Assembly (NCBI GenBank): GCA_951406725.2
Contig: OX597822.1
Span: 12,214,001 to 12,278,000 of the forward strand
From: Octopus vulgaris
Taxonomy: Eukaryota
Direction of reading: 5' to 3'
DNA: 64,000 nucleotides
In this document: positions 40,395 through 53,043 of the stretch, piece after piece
How positions within the stretch are numbered: the stretch's first letter is position 1
How the letters are laid out: every line of letters begins with the position of its first letter
Program-made: the position numbers and the translations under genes
Notes under the pieces: generated by a model
Seen by the model: only the letters and a program-made list of their open reading frames with translations
The model's database searches: none
Told to the model about the DNA's origin: nothing

Positions 40395-40855
40395 GACTAG
40401 ATAGGTGGCATGAACATCAACTGCGACCTTCCAACACACCTTTAATTCGCAGGTGACATTGTGCTCATTGCCGAAACAAGAGATCAACTGCAGTCTGTAC
40501 CGGCAGAGCAGAACACCCATAGCTCAACAGCAACCAATAAAGTGAAACACATGAATACAAAATACATGCGTTTAGTTCAATAAACTTTGTGCTGGACAAG
40601 TCCATAAGTGTCAGATTCTTCAATAGTATCTTCCTATCCGCACTCTTATACACAAGCTAGACGTGGACAACTACGAAGAGCGAAGAACATCGATTGGTTA
40701 CGAATCAAAGGTCTATGGGAAATCTCATGGTCGGAATAGAGCCCAATCGCAATGCGATGATCAGAGAACGGATAAGGAGAGAGGAAGTCGTGAGTGCAGA
40801 ATACCGAAAGCACACAGGACTGGACATGCTGCAGGGATCACTGACAACAGGTGAA
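40395..40855 (+). mobile_element. Decayed RTE LINE fragment
   Basis: GMNINCDLPTHL*FAGDIVLIAET, then S*TWTTTKSEEHRLVTNQRSMGNLMVG..RNAMIRER. Confidence 0.7.
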
Positions 40856-41984
40856 CCGTGCATTCATGATAGTAGTAATAGTAGTAGTCGTCGTCGTGGT
40901 AGTATTAGAAGAGAAAGAAGAGATATCAATGAAGCCAACTTTATCAATAGTCATCCCAATATCTTGCTGGACATAAGCGTACTAAAATTTATTCTAACTT
41001 TATGCACAGACAGACAGACAGACACACACACTCACATACGCTCGCACGTATGCATATATGTGTGTGGTTACATGTACACATACACATATGTGAGTTTGTA
41101 CATAGAGCAGAAGAAGAGGCTGGCCGATTACATCATGCTCGACTGGTACCTAATTTATCGACCCCAAAAGGTAAAGTGAACCTCAGTGGCAATCATATCA
41201 ATAAGAATCTAGAAACACGGACCTCAGGTTTTAGTAGTTGAATATAGTTCTTCCTGTGCCTGAAGTTGATTGGCTTATCTGCTTTTCTCAAAAATTGTGT
41301 TAAAAGTCAGCAAAGAATTTAACAGACACATTCCGATCCCTGTGGCCAATTTTCTCAGTCAAGAGCAAAAATGTTGTAACATCTGCTAAAATAAGTGATG
41401 CTAATATGCATATTTCGGCATACCTGTCAGCAATCACACTTGCTTCTCATCATTACATTTTACCTGGAGGCATTATAGGAATAAAAAAAGTAAAAATTGC
41501 TGTAGAAACTGATGTTTAAAACTTTTGCTTCCATCGGCATGGGGGAGGGGAGAGGAAGAAGGAGAGGAAGGAAGAGAGAGGGAGTGAGGAAGAGAGAGAA
41601 ACACACAGGGGAAGAGAGAAAGAGAAGGAATTTGTATTTAACAAAAAAAAGAATAGTAATCACTTTTATATAACCGAAAGTATAGATACTTGTTAAGTAT
41701 TTACACATATTGTATATGATTTACGTGCTGATTTTATTTCTAATCTTATCTGAATGAAAATGTTCAAATTCGTGTGTTTCCCATTGAAAAATGTAAATGT
41801 CAAAATAACTTTAAGCGTGTCGTGAAAGTAAAGTTTGAAGGAAATATCAACAATTTTCTGCGTTTATTCAAACACAAGGAATTACGAAATATCTCTTACT
41901 ACCCGAAAATAAAAGTGTGTTATGCAGTGCTGGCTTTGTTGTTTTTATTCTTCTTCTTCTCCTTCTCATTATTATTATTATCAT

Positions 41985-42392
41985 TATTTCGTCTGTCTTT
42001 ACGTTCTGAGATCCACCGAGGCCGACTTTGCCTTTCATCCTTTCGGGTCGATAAATTAAGAACCAGTTGCGCACTGGGGTCCCCATCCCGCAAAATTTCG
42101 GGCCTTGTGCCTAGAGTATAAATGATTGTTATCCTTATTATTATCATTATCATCATCATCATCATCATTATTATTGGAATGCGGTGAACTGGCAGAATCG
42201 TTATCACGCTGGAGGAAATGCGTAGCAGAATTTCGTCCATCGCTACATTCTGAGTTCAAATTCCGCCGAGGTCGACTTTACCTTTCATAATTTTGGGGTC
42301 GATAAAATAAATACCAGTTGAACCCTGGGGTCAATGTAATCGATTCAAACCCTCCCCCAAAACGGCTGACCTTGTGGCAAAATTTAAAACCA
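41985..42392 (+). mobile_element. Two SINE family B copies
   Basis: Central domains at about 42020-42065 and 42255-42320. Confidence 0.85.
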
Positions 42393-42412
42393 TTATGATA
42401 ATAATAATAATG

Positions 42413-42492
<80 letters not shown>

Positions 42493-42493
<1 letters not shown>

Positions 42494-42914
42494 CTTGTCA
42501 GTTGTTTGACCTTAACCAGTTGAGCATGTCCCTTAGTGGCTGACGATATGTGCATCTCTGATCACGAGCAGAAGTAGTGGGGGAGTATCATAGCCATGTG
42601 TTGAGAGGGATTCTTTGGGGTTTGAATAATTCACCTCTGGAAACATGGGTGGTTCTTTCAACAACCTTAAACAACTCTTATGCAGGGACCTTTTGAGCGG
42701 GATGGGCTACTCAACCTGAAGAAATTTCTAACTGGGCCCCCACCTGCAAGGTCATGTGCTGTTTATCTTGATATGAGATCACCATGTTGCGCACATATGG
42801 TTGTGATGCATGTGCCTGGTGCACCCTTATCCGACGGGTAGTCATGATGGGTATATTGGGCTTCGTATATTTTACCCCAGTGTCACTTTGATGGCATGAA
42901 CTGCTCTCTCACTC

Positions 42915-42975
<61 letters not shown>
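42493..42975 (+). mobile_element. Second, shorter copy of the R4/Dong-like 3' segment in (AAT)n
   Basis: Matches 39645-40140, with (AAT)n on both sides. Confidence 0.75.
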
Positions 42976-42976
<1 letters not shown>

Positions 42977-43525
42977 AATCCAAACTAAACAAATGAAATC
43001 CAAACTAAAACTAGAACAGCAAAGAACCATGATAAAACGATGGCAAGAAAAGCTCCTTCATGGTAAATACTGGACTAAACTAAATGCAAAAGAAATAGAC
43101 AAAGAAAAATACCAGCAATGGTTGAGAAGCTCAGGACTCAAAGCAGAGACAGAAGGATTTTTAAGTGTAATACAAGACCAAAGCCTCCCCACCAGAAATT
43201 ATCAAAAACATGTAATGAAAAGAAATATAACAAGTAACTGCAGAATATGTGGAGATGGACAAGAAACAATAAATCATATTATCTCTGGCTGCCCAGTCCT
43301 GGCTAAGAAGGAATATAGACACGACAGAGTTGGGGCCTACATATACTGAAAGCTATGCCAACATTATAGAATAACAACAGAAAAAAGATGGTATAGGCAC
43401 ACAGCAGAAATGGTCACAGAAAACGAGAAAGCAATCATACTATGGGATATGCAGATACACACAGCTAGAGAAATTAAGGCCAACAGACCAGATATAGTTG
43501 TCAGAGATCATGAAGAAAAAATGCT
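42975..43525 (+). mobile_element. R4/Dong LINE C-terminal relic (CCHC finger plus start of the restriction-like endonuclease)
   Basis: LKAETEGFL..IQDQSLPTRNYQ, CRICGDGQETINHIISGC, RHDRV, ILWDMQIHTAREIKANRPDIV. Confidence 0.9.
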
Positions 43526-44870
43526 GGATTAAGAAATGCCTGGAAATGTATAAGATAACACCTACTCTGCGAAACTTTTTGTCTGTAAGTATGAGATCAT
43601 GAAGAACCACACTAACTTTGAACAGTGACAATGAATCTCTGAATGCTGGTGATGTAAAAATTTCATGTGGCATTTTCCAGGGTGACTCATATGACCACTC
43701 CCCTTTTGTTTAGCCTTAATACCTCTCTCAAAACTGCTAAATGACGCGCAGTACGGATATAAAATGTTTGATAAAAATATAAATCATCTCATTTACATGG
43801 ATGATTTAAAGCTCTTTGCAAAATATGACCAACAACTCAAGGGCTTACTAGCGATAGTCAAACAATTCAGTGACGACATCAGAATGCAATTCGGCCTCGA
43901 TAAATGTGCAAAAGCTACCTTTATCAAAGGAAAAATGACAGAAACATCTAACGTTAACCTTGACCAGCAGAATGTCATAAAAGAATTAGACCCAGCGGAG
44001 AGCTACAAGTACCTAGGGGTAATTGAAGGGGACGGAATAAGGCATTCAGAGATGAAGGAAAGGATCAGGAGAGAATGTTATCCCAGAGTAAGAGCAATAC
44101 TCAAGACAAAGAAACAGGATCGAAGCGATCAATGCATTAGTCATACCAGTCGTGACTTACAGTTTCAATATCGTTAGCTGGTGAATTACTGAAATATGTA
44201 ATCTTGACAGAAAAATACGAAAACTGTTGACAGTGCATAGAATGCACCACCCTAAGGCAGATACAGAACGACTCTATCTGCCAAGAAAGGAGGGAGGCCG
44301 TGGTCTTTTGGAACTGGCAATAACAATGAAGATTGCTACAATTGGCCTAGACACCTACCTAAAAATGTCTGAGGACTGGATGTTAAAACTTATCTCAAAA
44401 CATGAAAACAAGAAAGCATCATACTCAGTAACAAAACAGGCAAAGGAATATCTAAGTGAATTCCGAATACAATAAATTTCGGAATTAGAGATAGACATAC
44501 AAGAAACAAGCACAGAAAAAGCTAGGCGCATGAAAACCCGTGCCAAAACTGCGGCCTTGGATATTCTGAATGATAAATGGCAAGAAAAACCTCTCTATGG
44601 CAAATACTCAAATAGAGCGAATAATGCAGATGTTCACAAAGCCCTGACACATCAATGGCTAAGGGCCTCTGGCTTAAAATCTGAAACAGAGGGATTTATC
44701 ATAGCAGCTCAAGATCATTGACTACCAACAAGAAACTACCAGGCCAACATATTAAAGAACGGCAGTAGCCCAACATGTCGAGTATGTCATCAGCAAAATA
44801 AAACCATTGATCATGTTGTCTCCAAGTGCAGTCTTCTAGCGCCTACAGAGTATCTCAACAGGCGTGATAG
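43526..44870 (+). mobile_element. R4/Dong LINE RT-to-CCHC relic of a different subfamily
   Basis: GIFQGDS, INHLIYMDDLKLFAK, FGLDKCA, YKYLG, RLYLPRKEGGRGL, LKSETEGFIIAAQD, CRVC..IDHVVSKC, with stops and frameshifts. Confidence 0.92.
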
Positions 44871-44959
44871 AACTTTTATGTGAAGTCGTGTGTTGAAATA
44901 TAACAATATATATATATATATATATTGGAAAATGTATGAGATCTTTATTACAGTTAGGT

Positions 44960-45175
44960 ACATTTGAAAAAAAAGAAAACTTATGACTTTACTGAGAGTT
45001 CTAATCAGTTTAATTTCTACTTATAAATCATTTTATCTTAACAATATAAATTTTACACTTTAGTTCATAGATTTAGTTCTATGAACTAAAGTGTATGCAC
45101 CAAAGTGTAAAATTTATTTTATTAAAAAATGACTTAACAGGTTAGAACTACCATCCTTTTTCTTTTTTCAAACAC
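44960..45175. repeat. Imperfect palindromic (MITE-like) element with a perfect 18 bp hairpin
   Basis: TACACTTTAGTTCATAGA (45054-45071) pairs with TCTATGAACTAAAGTGTA (45078-45095). Outer arms TTTGAAAAAAAAGAAAA / TTTTCTTTTTTCAAA. Confidence 0.6.
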
Positions 45176-45247
45176 ACACACACATACACAGACACACAGA
45201 CACACACACCCCACACACACACACACACACACACAAAACACACACAC

Positions 45248-45292
<45 letters not shown>

Positions 45293-46119
45293 TCGTTTTT
45301 AAGAGAGTTCGAGCCGGTCTACGTTACCACCAAATCATTTTGAGTTAAGAATGTTCCCGGTGGTTGTCAATAAGAGTTAATGTGTGTATATATGTATGTA
45401 TGTCTGTATGTATGTATGTATGCATATGCATTCATTTATGTATGTATTCATGTATGTATTTCATTGTTCAATTTGGTATAAAGAGTTCTTGCTATATTAG
45501 CTGGTTTCTAACCTAGATGCAAGGCTCCTTCATTGGAATTTTAACATCAACCACTGGGTATTTTTGTTTGTATGTATTTATGTACATAGGTATGTACACT
45601 TTGAGTTCACCATTCGAATCCCGCGGTTAAAGGGCGTTATTTCATTTTTGATTCCACGATCGATAAAATAAATACCAGTCCAAAACTGGACCTCTAAAGT
45701 CGATTATGCCCATCTCCCAAAACTGGCGGCCTGGAGAGTACGCGAACAATAAAAAGCTAGAAAATCAGGTACCACAGAATAGTAAAACTAACATGAGTTA
45801 CAGAATTCTGCGCGATTTCAATACCCCGAGAAACGAATTTTGTATATTTACGCTATCAACTTTGGATAACAAGACATAACCGGTACGGTTCGTACTCAAA
45901 TTTAACGTGAAAAAGTCGTTAGTTTTTGTTTGCTAACGGGAAATCAATATTAATAGGTTCCAAACTGGGAGGCTTTGAAAGTGATGTATTGTGTCAAATT
46001 ATACACAAACACAGAAAGAATGACGTAGAGTAGTAGGTACACTCCATGCTTTATAATGACTTGACATGTAGGGAAAGGAAATTCATATATATATATATAT
46101 ATGTGTGTGTTTGTGTGTG

Positions 46120-46152
<33 letters not shown>

Positions 46153-46215
46153 ATGTATATATATATGTGTATATATATATGTGTGTATATATATTTATAT
46201 CTGTGCATCTAGGTG

Positions 46216-46261
<46 letters not shown>

Positions 46262-46297
46262 CATATGTAGATATGTATATATATAGTATTATTTGAT

Positions 46298-46346
<49 letters not shown>

Positions 46347-47099
46347 TTGTGTGTTTGTATGTGTCTGTGTATACCTAAATGCTTTCGCTTACATAAATGT
46401 TATATTCACCTTTGTATGTGACCATTTGTGTGCGTGAATGTGGGCATATATGTGCGTATGTGGCCACGTGTGTGTGTGTGTTTGTGTTTGTTCGTGTGTG
46501 AGTGTATTCATTGTGTACATGCATTAACAAACGACAATACATTTAATAACTTCCGAAGTGAAACAGGTGCAGACCATGTGTTCGGTTGCACTGCATGCCA
46601 GAATAACGCTGCAAATGAAAAACCGTATCTTCTTTCTGCGTATTGACAGTTAATTTTCTTATAGTTGTGAATTAATCACCTGATGATTAAATGAAGAAAG
46701 AGAAATGAGTGATGGAAGAGAGAAGTCAGAGGGTTAAGTGATGGAGAGAGAGAGAGAAAACTGAGAGGGAGGCAAAGAGGCTGAGTGAGCATATTCAAGG
46801 AATGTATATAGAAGCAGTGAGAAGCACACGTAGACAGAGATATATGAAGAATCTTGCCCAGTATGAAGTTCCACTTTTCCGCTCGATGTACGAACACGAA
46901 TATGAGTATGTGTACAGGTAAACACACGCACATATGCATACATGTGTGCATGTGAGTGTGTGTGTGTGCGTGTGTGTACCCTCGCACACACACACAACGT
47001 TAGAATTAATTTAAATACGTACTCATCTGCATTCAAGATTTAAGCCAGGGGTAAATGTTTGTAAATGTGACTTCAGTGGTGCTCTTTTCTTCTTAAGAT

Positions 47100-47490
47100 G
47101 GCGCGCTGGCAGAACTGTTAGGGTGCTGGGCTGAATAGTTACCGCCATTCGTCCGGATTTACAAAATGAGTTCAAATAGTGCCAAGGTTGAATTTACTTT
47201 TCATCTTTCGGGGCCAATCGAATATGTAGCAGTTAAGCATTGGAGTCGATGTAAGCCATCTTAGGCCCTCATAGTTACAGAAGTCGGTGACCTTGGGCCA
47301 AAATCTAAATCCATAAGGGGATTAAGTCGACTACATCAATCCCATTGCTCAACTTGTACTTATTTTATCGACCACGAAACGGATAAAAAGGAAGAGTCGA
47401 TTTCGGCAAAAGTTTGAACACAGAATGTAAAAACTGATGAAATGACACTAAGCATATTGCCCGAAAATGCTAACGATTCTGCCAGCTCGC
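47100..47490. mobile_element. Degenerate tail-to-tail SINE family B pair
   Basis: + copy at 47100-47310 and - copy at 47320-47490. Confidence 0.7.
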
Positions 47491-47521
47491 TTTGCTACTA
47501 CTACTACACCTATAACTACTA

Positions 47522-47568
<47 letters not shown>

Positions 47569-47584
47569 AACAAATATATAAACG

Positions 47585-47640
<56 letters not shown>

Positions 47641-47654
47641 AATACATACATGTA

Positions 47655-47805
47655 ATAAACTTTCAGTTTGCGTGTTCTAAATCCACTCACAAAACTTTAG
47701 TCGGCTTTGGGTGATATCAGAAAATATTTGTCCTCGGTACCGCACAGAGGGTAGAACTCAAACCAAGACCACGTGCGTGGGAAGCAAGCCTCTCAATCTG
47801 CGCCT
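47655..47805 (-). mobile_element. SINE family A 5' half, degenerate
   Basis: TTTCAGTTT...AAATCCACTCACAAAACTTTAGTCGGC...CCTGCGCC. Confidence 0.65.
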
Positions 47806-48609
47806 GCGCCGACGCCGACTCAAATTTTCTTATATTCCTTAGTTCTTTTAGTTTTTCTGATTTTCCCCAATTATTGGACTGTGATCACGCTAGAGTACCT
47901 TCCTCGATATGTTTTTGCCGATCACATTATACATCATCTATCATTAGATACCGCAAGGTGAACTTCCACTTTGGTCCGAAGCGGAGATTAATCAATTTGG
48001 CAAAGCGCAACAACATTGCATTAATTAGCAAACACCTTTTAAATAACATTAATAACTGAATTAGGAAAGTTACCAAGTTCCATCAATCTAACCATTGCAG
48101 CACCGTAATCAGCTGCTCTAGCCTTAGTAATAAAGGAAATTGCATCTTTACTCAAATAGATACTTCATTTTTATCCATCCATCTCTCAATTATTTCTTCT
48201 TTAGCGCGCTCTAATTTGCTAAGTTATACTGCGCCATTAATGAGAATCTCGTACATTTTTTTAAAATGTAACCCTTCGTTAAATAATGTTTTAGTTAAAA
48301 TGATAATAATAATAATGATAATAATAATAATTTGACTGGTTTGTTTGATGATGGTAAAGAATCATCAGTAAGTATTAAGAAGTCTAATGTACTCCGCCTC
48401 CGTAACCATCATGAGTTGCCCTTAAAACTAATTTAGGCTCAGGTATGGCCGTGTAGTTAAGAAGCAAATCTTTGCAACGACGGGATTTCGAGTTCAGTTC
48501 TACATTGAAGCACTTTAGGCAGGTGCCTTCTACTGTAATCCCAGGCCGATTAATGCATTAAGATTAAATTTGGGAGGTAAAACTAAAAGAATCTTTTCAT
48601 ATACACAAT

Positions 48610-48872
48610 CTTTCTTTTATTCTTTTATACGTTTCAGCCCTAAGGCTCAGGCCATGCTGGAACACCGACAGTGTAATCACCTCTCTAATGGCCAATCTTA
48701 TGTGAGTGGATTTTGGTATAAGGAAGGTGTTCAACACTCCTGCCCCTTTTTGAGTTTCCTACCTTAATATAGATTCATCTGGGACCTCGGAGAGCAGAGA
48801 TCAAGTTGTTTCTTCAAAACATCTATCCCTACTTTATGAAGATCCCTCAGTTGTTTTGGTAATATATTCGTA
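48610..48872 (-). mobile_element. CR1-like LINE 3' end fragment
   Basis: NILPKQLRDLHKVGIDVLKKQLDL is homologous to 63100-63170. Ends CGGTGTTCCAGCATGGCC..GCTGAAAC plus (ATAAAAGA)n. Confidence 0.8.
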
Positions 48873-48960
<88 letters not shown>

Positions 48961-49595
48961 GTGGTTGTCTACACATTATCCAGAGATTGACTACCTCCTG
49001 TACCTACACCTTAGAACCATCATGGCATCTGATATCACTTTTTAAACAAGACAATGGTCTGAAAAGACAACCACATAGATTGCACATCCGATATGGACCA
49101 CCAAGAGATGTAGATAAGTTCTGATCTTTGTGTATCTTAAAATGTCTTTTGAGGACTCCGTTAGATTTGCAAACTTTCTAGCATACAATGCATTCAAAGG
49201 TGTGCACAGATATATAAGCAGAATAGCTGGAGGAGGTTAGTTTTCAATGGATTCGCAAATGAGATTTGAGCCCACCAAAAGAAAGGCATATATACATATG
49301 AGGAACAAGGGTCCTTTCCGAGACATAAGCTAAGCTCGGTTTCCTAGATTCTGTGGCAAATATATTCACTCGCTACAGAGGTGACCAGTCCACTCATTTC
49401 AAGTAGGTGCACCAGCAGAGCTGCACTCCAATGAAGGGCACGAGTAACCGATAAGAAATATTTACACATATTTCTAAACGATTTAACTCTATGAAAACAT
49501 TATAGCATCACCAGCAAAGCCGTCCCTCACAAGCGAGCTAGACCTTATATAATTCACCATGCTGTCTCTAATTGTTTCTCTTTCTCTATTATACA

Positions 49596-51181
49596 CTAGC
49601 ATTATGACCCGTCGTTGCCGGCTCATAGCACTAGTGCATGTATATATGTGTACATATTACATGATCATCTATATATATACATCTACACATAAAATACAAA
49701 ATACAATGTTATATCTTGATATCACTAGTGATAACAATACTCAACATATATAACAGACTGGAATTGTAGGCCCGTCTCTTGCAATTTCGATCAATTGTAT
49801 CTTTTCCTCACTCTTATATAGAAGTGTGGCTACAATCCAGCCTACCTCTACTTCTGGGGGAACATTTTTGATTTTTATCCGGTACGTCCTACGTCCCAGA
49901 TATAAAGGTAAAAATAAAATATTTCCACTTTGCAAGGTTCGAGTCGAGTACTCCCTTGCACGCTCCGTTGACTTGAACCTTGCTTTTATTGTGGCGAATT
50001 TACCGCCTCTGGTTAGATATCTTTCATAGTCGCACCAAGACACATTTTGATGGAGCTTTCCTCCAGGTGTTCAAATCTTTTTTTTCTCTACATTGTATAC
50101 TTTATAAACAATAGTATTTTCTTTAATTTAATTTTTTATTTCGTTTCGTGGTTTTATCCTAGATTCGCCGTCTTTGTCGGTGATCAATCCGAAATAGGTT
50201 TGTATTTCTTCCATTTTAATTTTAATGAATTCGCGCCCGCCGACTGCTGCGGCGAAATTCATTTTCGGACTTTCTTCTATCGAAGGCATTCTAACAAAAA
50301 TGCTTCTGTATAAACGGTGAAAATATTGTCAATTTTCCCAAACAGGGACACAATTCAATTTTTAAACAATAACCAAAGCTCCTTCTCCCAAAGGGGGAGG
50401 GTTACAGTTTACAATTATTTAACAAATGTAACACAACAACGTTTCCCTTACGAGGAACCAACAAACGTGATACTAATAGCTAAACAGTAATAATAATAAC
50501 AACAAACCTTACGGTGAATCAAAAAGCAGTACGCAGTGGAAGCTATAGCCATTTATGTATAATAAGTAAACCAACAGCAGTACTAAGTAGAAGCGGCTGT
50601 TCGAGAAAACAGACATTACATACATCCAAACTTCATATAGATACTTAATGCTAGCTAATTAGCAGATAATCTAATGTAAAAGCCATGGTAAAGTGTATGT
50701 GCACAGCTCCATCTCTACTATTTCATTTCTGCACACTAATTTTATTTTTAATTTACTCCCATTCATGTGAAACCACTTATTCAAGTTCAAGTCATTGATG
50801 CGATTTTATACCAATTGCTATTTTTACTTTTGTTATGTTACGATTATATTATATACTTTAGCTTGATTTTAATTATTACTTACTACATATAATTCAATTG
50901 TTATTATTACCTCTAATTTCTACTGTTAGAGTGAAAGTATCTGACATAAAATAGAGAAATGTTTTTGTTTCACTTTTAACACGTAATACTGAAATAGTGG
51001 AGAAGATATGATATTGCTATGCGCTCGCCCTAGGCAAGAAGTTGAACATTTTTTTGCCGATAACACTACCCGGACCTTAAGTAAGGCTTGTGCAAAATTT
51101 TAATGAAATTGGTTGTGCAGTTCTCAAGTTTTAGGGAAAGACACAGACAGACACACATTCTCAGTTTTAAATATATAGAGA
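49596..51181 (-). mobile_element. Non-autonomous Helitron
   Basis: Minus strand starts TC (TCTCTATATATTTAAAACTGAGAATGTGTGTCTGTCTG), has a subterminal GC-rich hairpin, ends CTAG, and is inserted between A and T. Confidence 0.7.
49745..50289 (-). pseudogene. LINE ORF1-like (RRM-like) N-terminal fragment inside the Helitron
   Basis: MPSIEESPKMNFAAAVGG... then stop/frameshift, then RYLTRGGKFATIKARFKS..LYLGRRTYRIKIKNVPPEV. FAAAV and I-x-N-V-P-P motifs are typical of non-LTR ORF1. Confidence 0.55.
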
Positions 51182-51360
51182 TGAACAAACAACTTCACAG
51201 ATTGATTTACAGTACCTAATCCAGTGCAACATCCAGAATGTTACCACTACAGAGAGCAAGAGCTATTTTAGCTTTCCGGGCACCAAACCGGTACTTACTT
51301 CAGCTGAACTGATAGGGGGAACGTGAAATAAAGCAGTTTGCTCAGGGACGCAATGCCGTA

Positions 51361-51600
51361 TCTTCTTCTTCTTCTTCTTCTTCTTCTTCTTCTTCTTCTT
51401 CTTCTTCTTCTTCTTCTTCTTCTTCTTCTTCTTCTTCTTCATCTTCTTTTTCTTCTTCTCTTTCGTCTTCTCCTTCTTCTTCTTCATCTTCTTTTTCTTC
51501 TTCTCTTTCGTCTTCTTCTTCTTGATCTTCTTTTTCTTCTTCTCTTTCGTCTTCTCCTTCTTCTTCTTCTCTTTCGTCTTCTTCTCCTCTTCCTTCTCCT
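51361..51600. repeat. (CTT)n array with higher-order variants
   Basis: Directly visible. Confidence 0.95.
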
Positions 51601-52136
51601 CATTTATTTAGTTGCAGTTGAATGGACTGGAAAAACATAAAATGAAGTGTTTTGCTCAAGAGCACAGTGTCTCCAGCCAATAACTCGAAACCGTGATCTT
51701 GAATTATCAGCGCATCATCCGGACTCCTTGTCCGTATCTTCGCAATTGAAAGTACAAGGAACCCCAAATCCACGCTCCTACGCTCTTCTACCAGAAGTAT
51801 CGGTACCAAACCATCAAACCACAAGTGGACCCTGATATATTTCAACATCGACAAACACATCGTTTGGAATAACATCGAAAGTGTTGCATCATACAAACCA
51901 ACGAATTAATTCTGCTTACTTACATAAAACTTACAAAAAAATAATACAAAAATACAGCAAAACAGAACGACAATCATTTTTATAATTCAAATCACTCAAT
52001 AATTTGAAGTGAAATAATTTCATACAAAAAACATAAAAAATAATCTTGCTTCAAGAATTTCACTTTGTAACGAAGCTGCTTTTAAAATGTATAAACACAA
52101 TATCAGTGCGTGTGTATGTATGTATGTATGTTTATG

Positions 52137-52689
52137 TCAGGTCACTTACGAGTGCTACTGGTAACATGTAACCCAGTACAACCTGTTGCCTGATCGGGTC
52201 GTCGGCCACTAAACCGGCAACCCCACCAAGCTTGCTTGGTGAGGAGGGTGTTTATTGGACACCCTGCGGGATGAAAAACAGAACCCGTCAAAAGGCGGAG
52301 CAACTCTTGAGAGTCAACGGCCATCCAATAAATGTCTTAAGGATGTATCATGCGCGGGTATTTAGAAATAATCGGACTGAATACCCGATCGCGCGGTTAA
52401 ACCATTGGGAGTAAAGGACTCCTAGCCTTTGTTAGGGCATCCTTCTAGGAGAAGGTAACTCAGGTAACTGGGATAACTCCGACATAAAACCTGCGGCTCA
52501 GTGGTTACCGATGATGTTGACTTTTTCTTCTTTTCGGATTGTGACTGCTGTTGCTTAGTGATTGGGATTGACTCAGTGCACAGCCTTTCCTCACTTTAAA
52601 AAAAATCTTCTTGCACAGGCATTGCACGATAACAACATTGATTAAGTTTCGTGCAATGGCCATACTCGATAACGAGGGGGCAGCCACCA
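52137..52689 (+). mobile_element. Non-coding, structured, RTE-5'UTR-like non-autonomous retroelement in (TATG)n
   Basis: GGCATCCTTCTAGGAGAAGGTAACTC resembles the RTE 5'UTR motif. Several hairpins, a 3' stem-loop CATTGCACGA/TCGTGCAATG, and (ATGT)n flanks. Confidence 0.55.
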
Positions 52690-52779
52690 TGTATGTATGT
52701 ATGATTATATGTATGTATGTATGTATGCGTGCATGGATGTATGTATGAGTTACGTATGTATGTGTATGTATATTTAGTC

Positions 52780-52981
52780 GCAGGCGTAGCTGTGTGGCAT
52801 GAAGTTCGCTTTCCAGCCACATGATTCTGGGTTCAGTTCCACCTCAATGCAGCTTGGACAAGTGTCTTTTACTATAGTTTCAGGCTGTCCCAAACCTTGT
52901 GAGTGGATTTGGTAGACGGAAACTGAAAGAAGCCCATCGTATATATATGTATATAAACATCTGTCTATGTATGTATGTATG

Positions 52982-53043
<62 letters not shown>

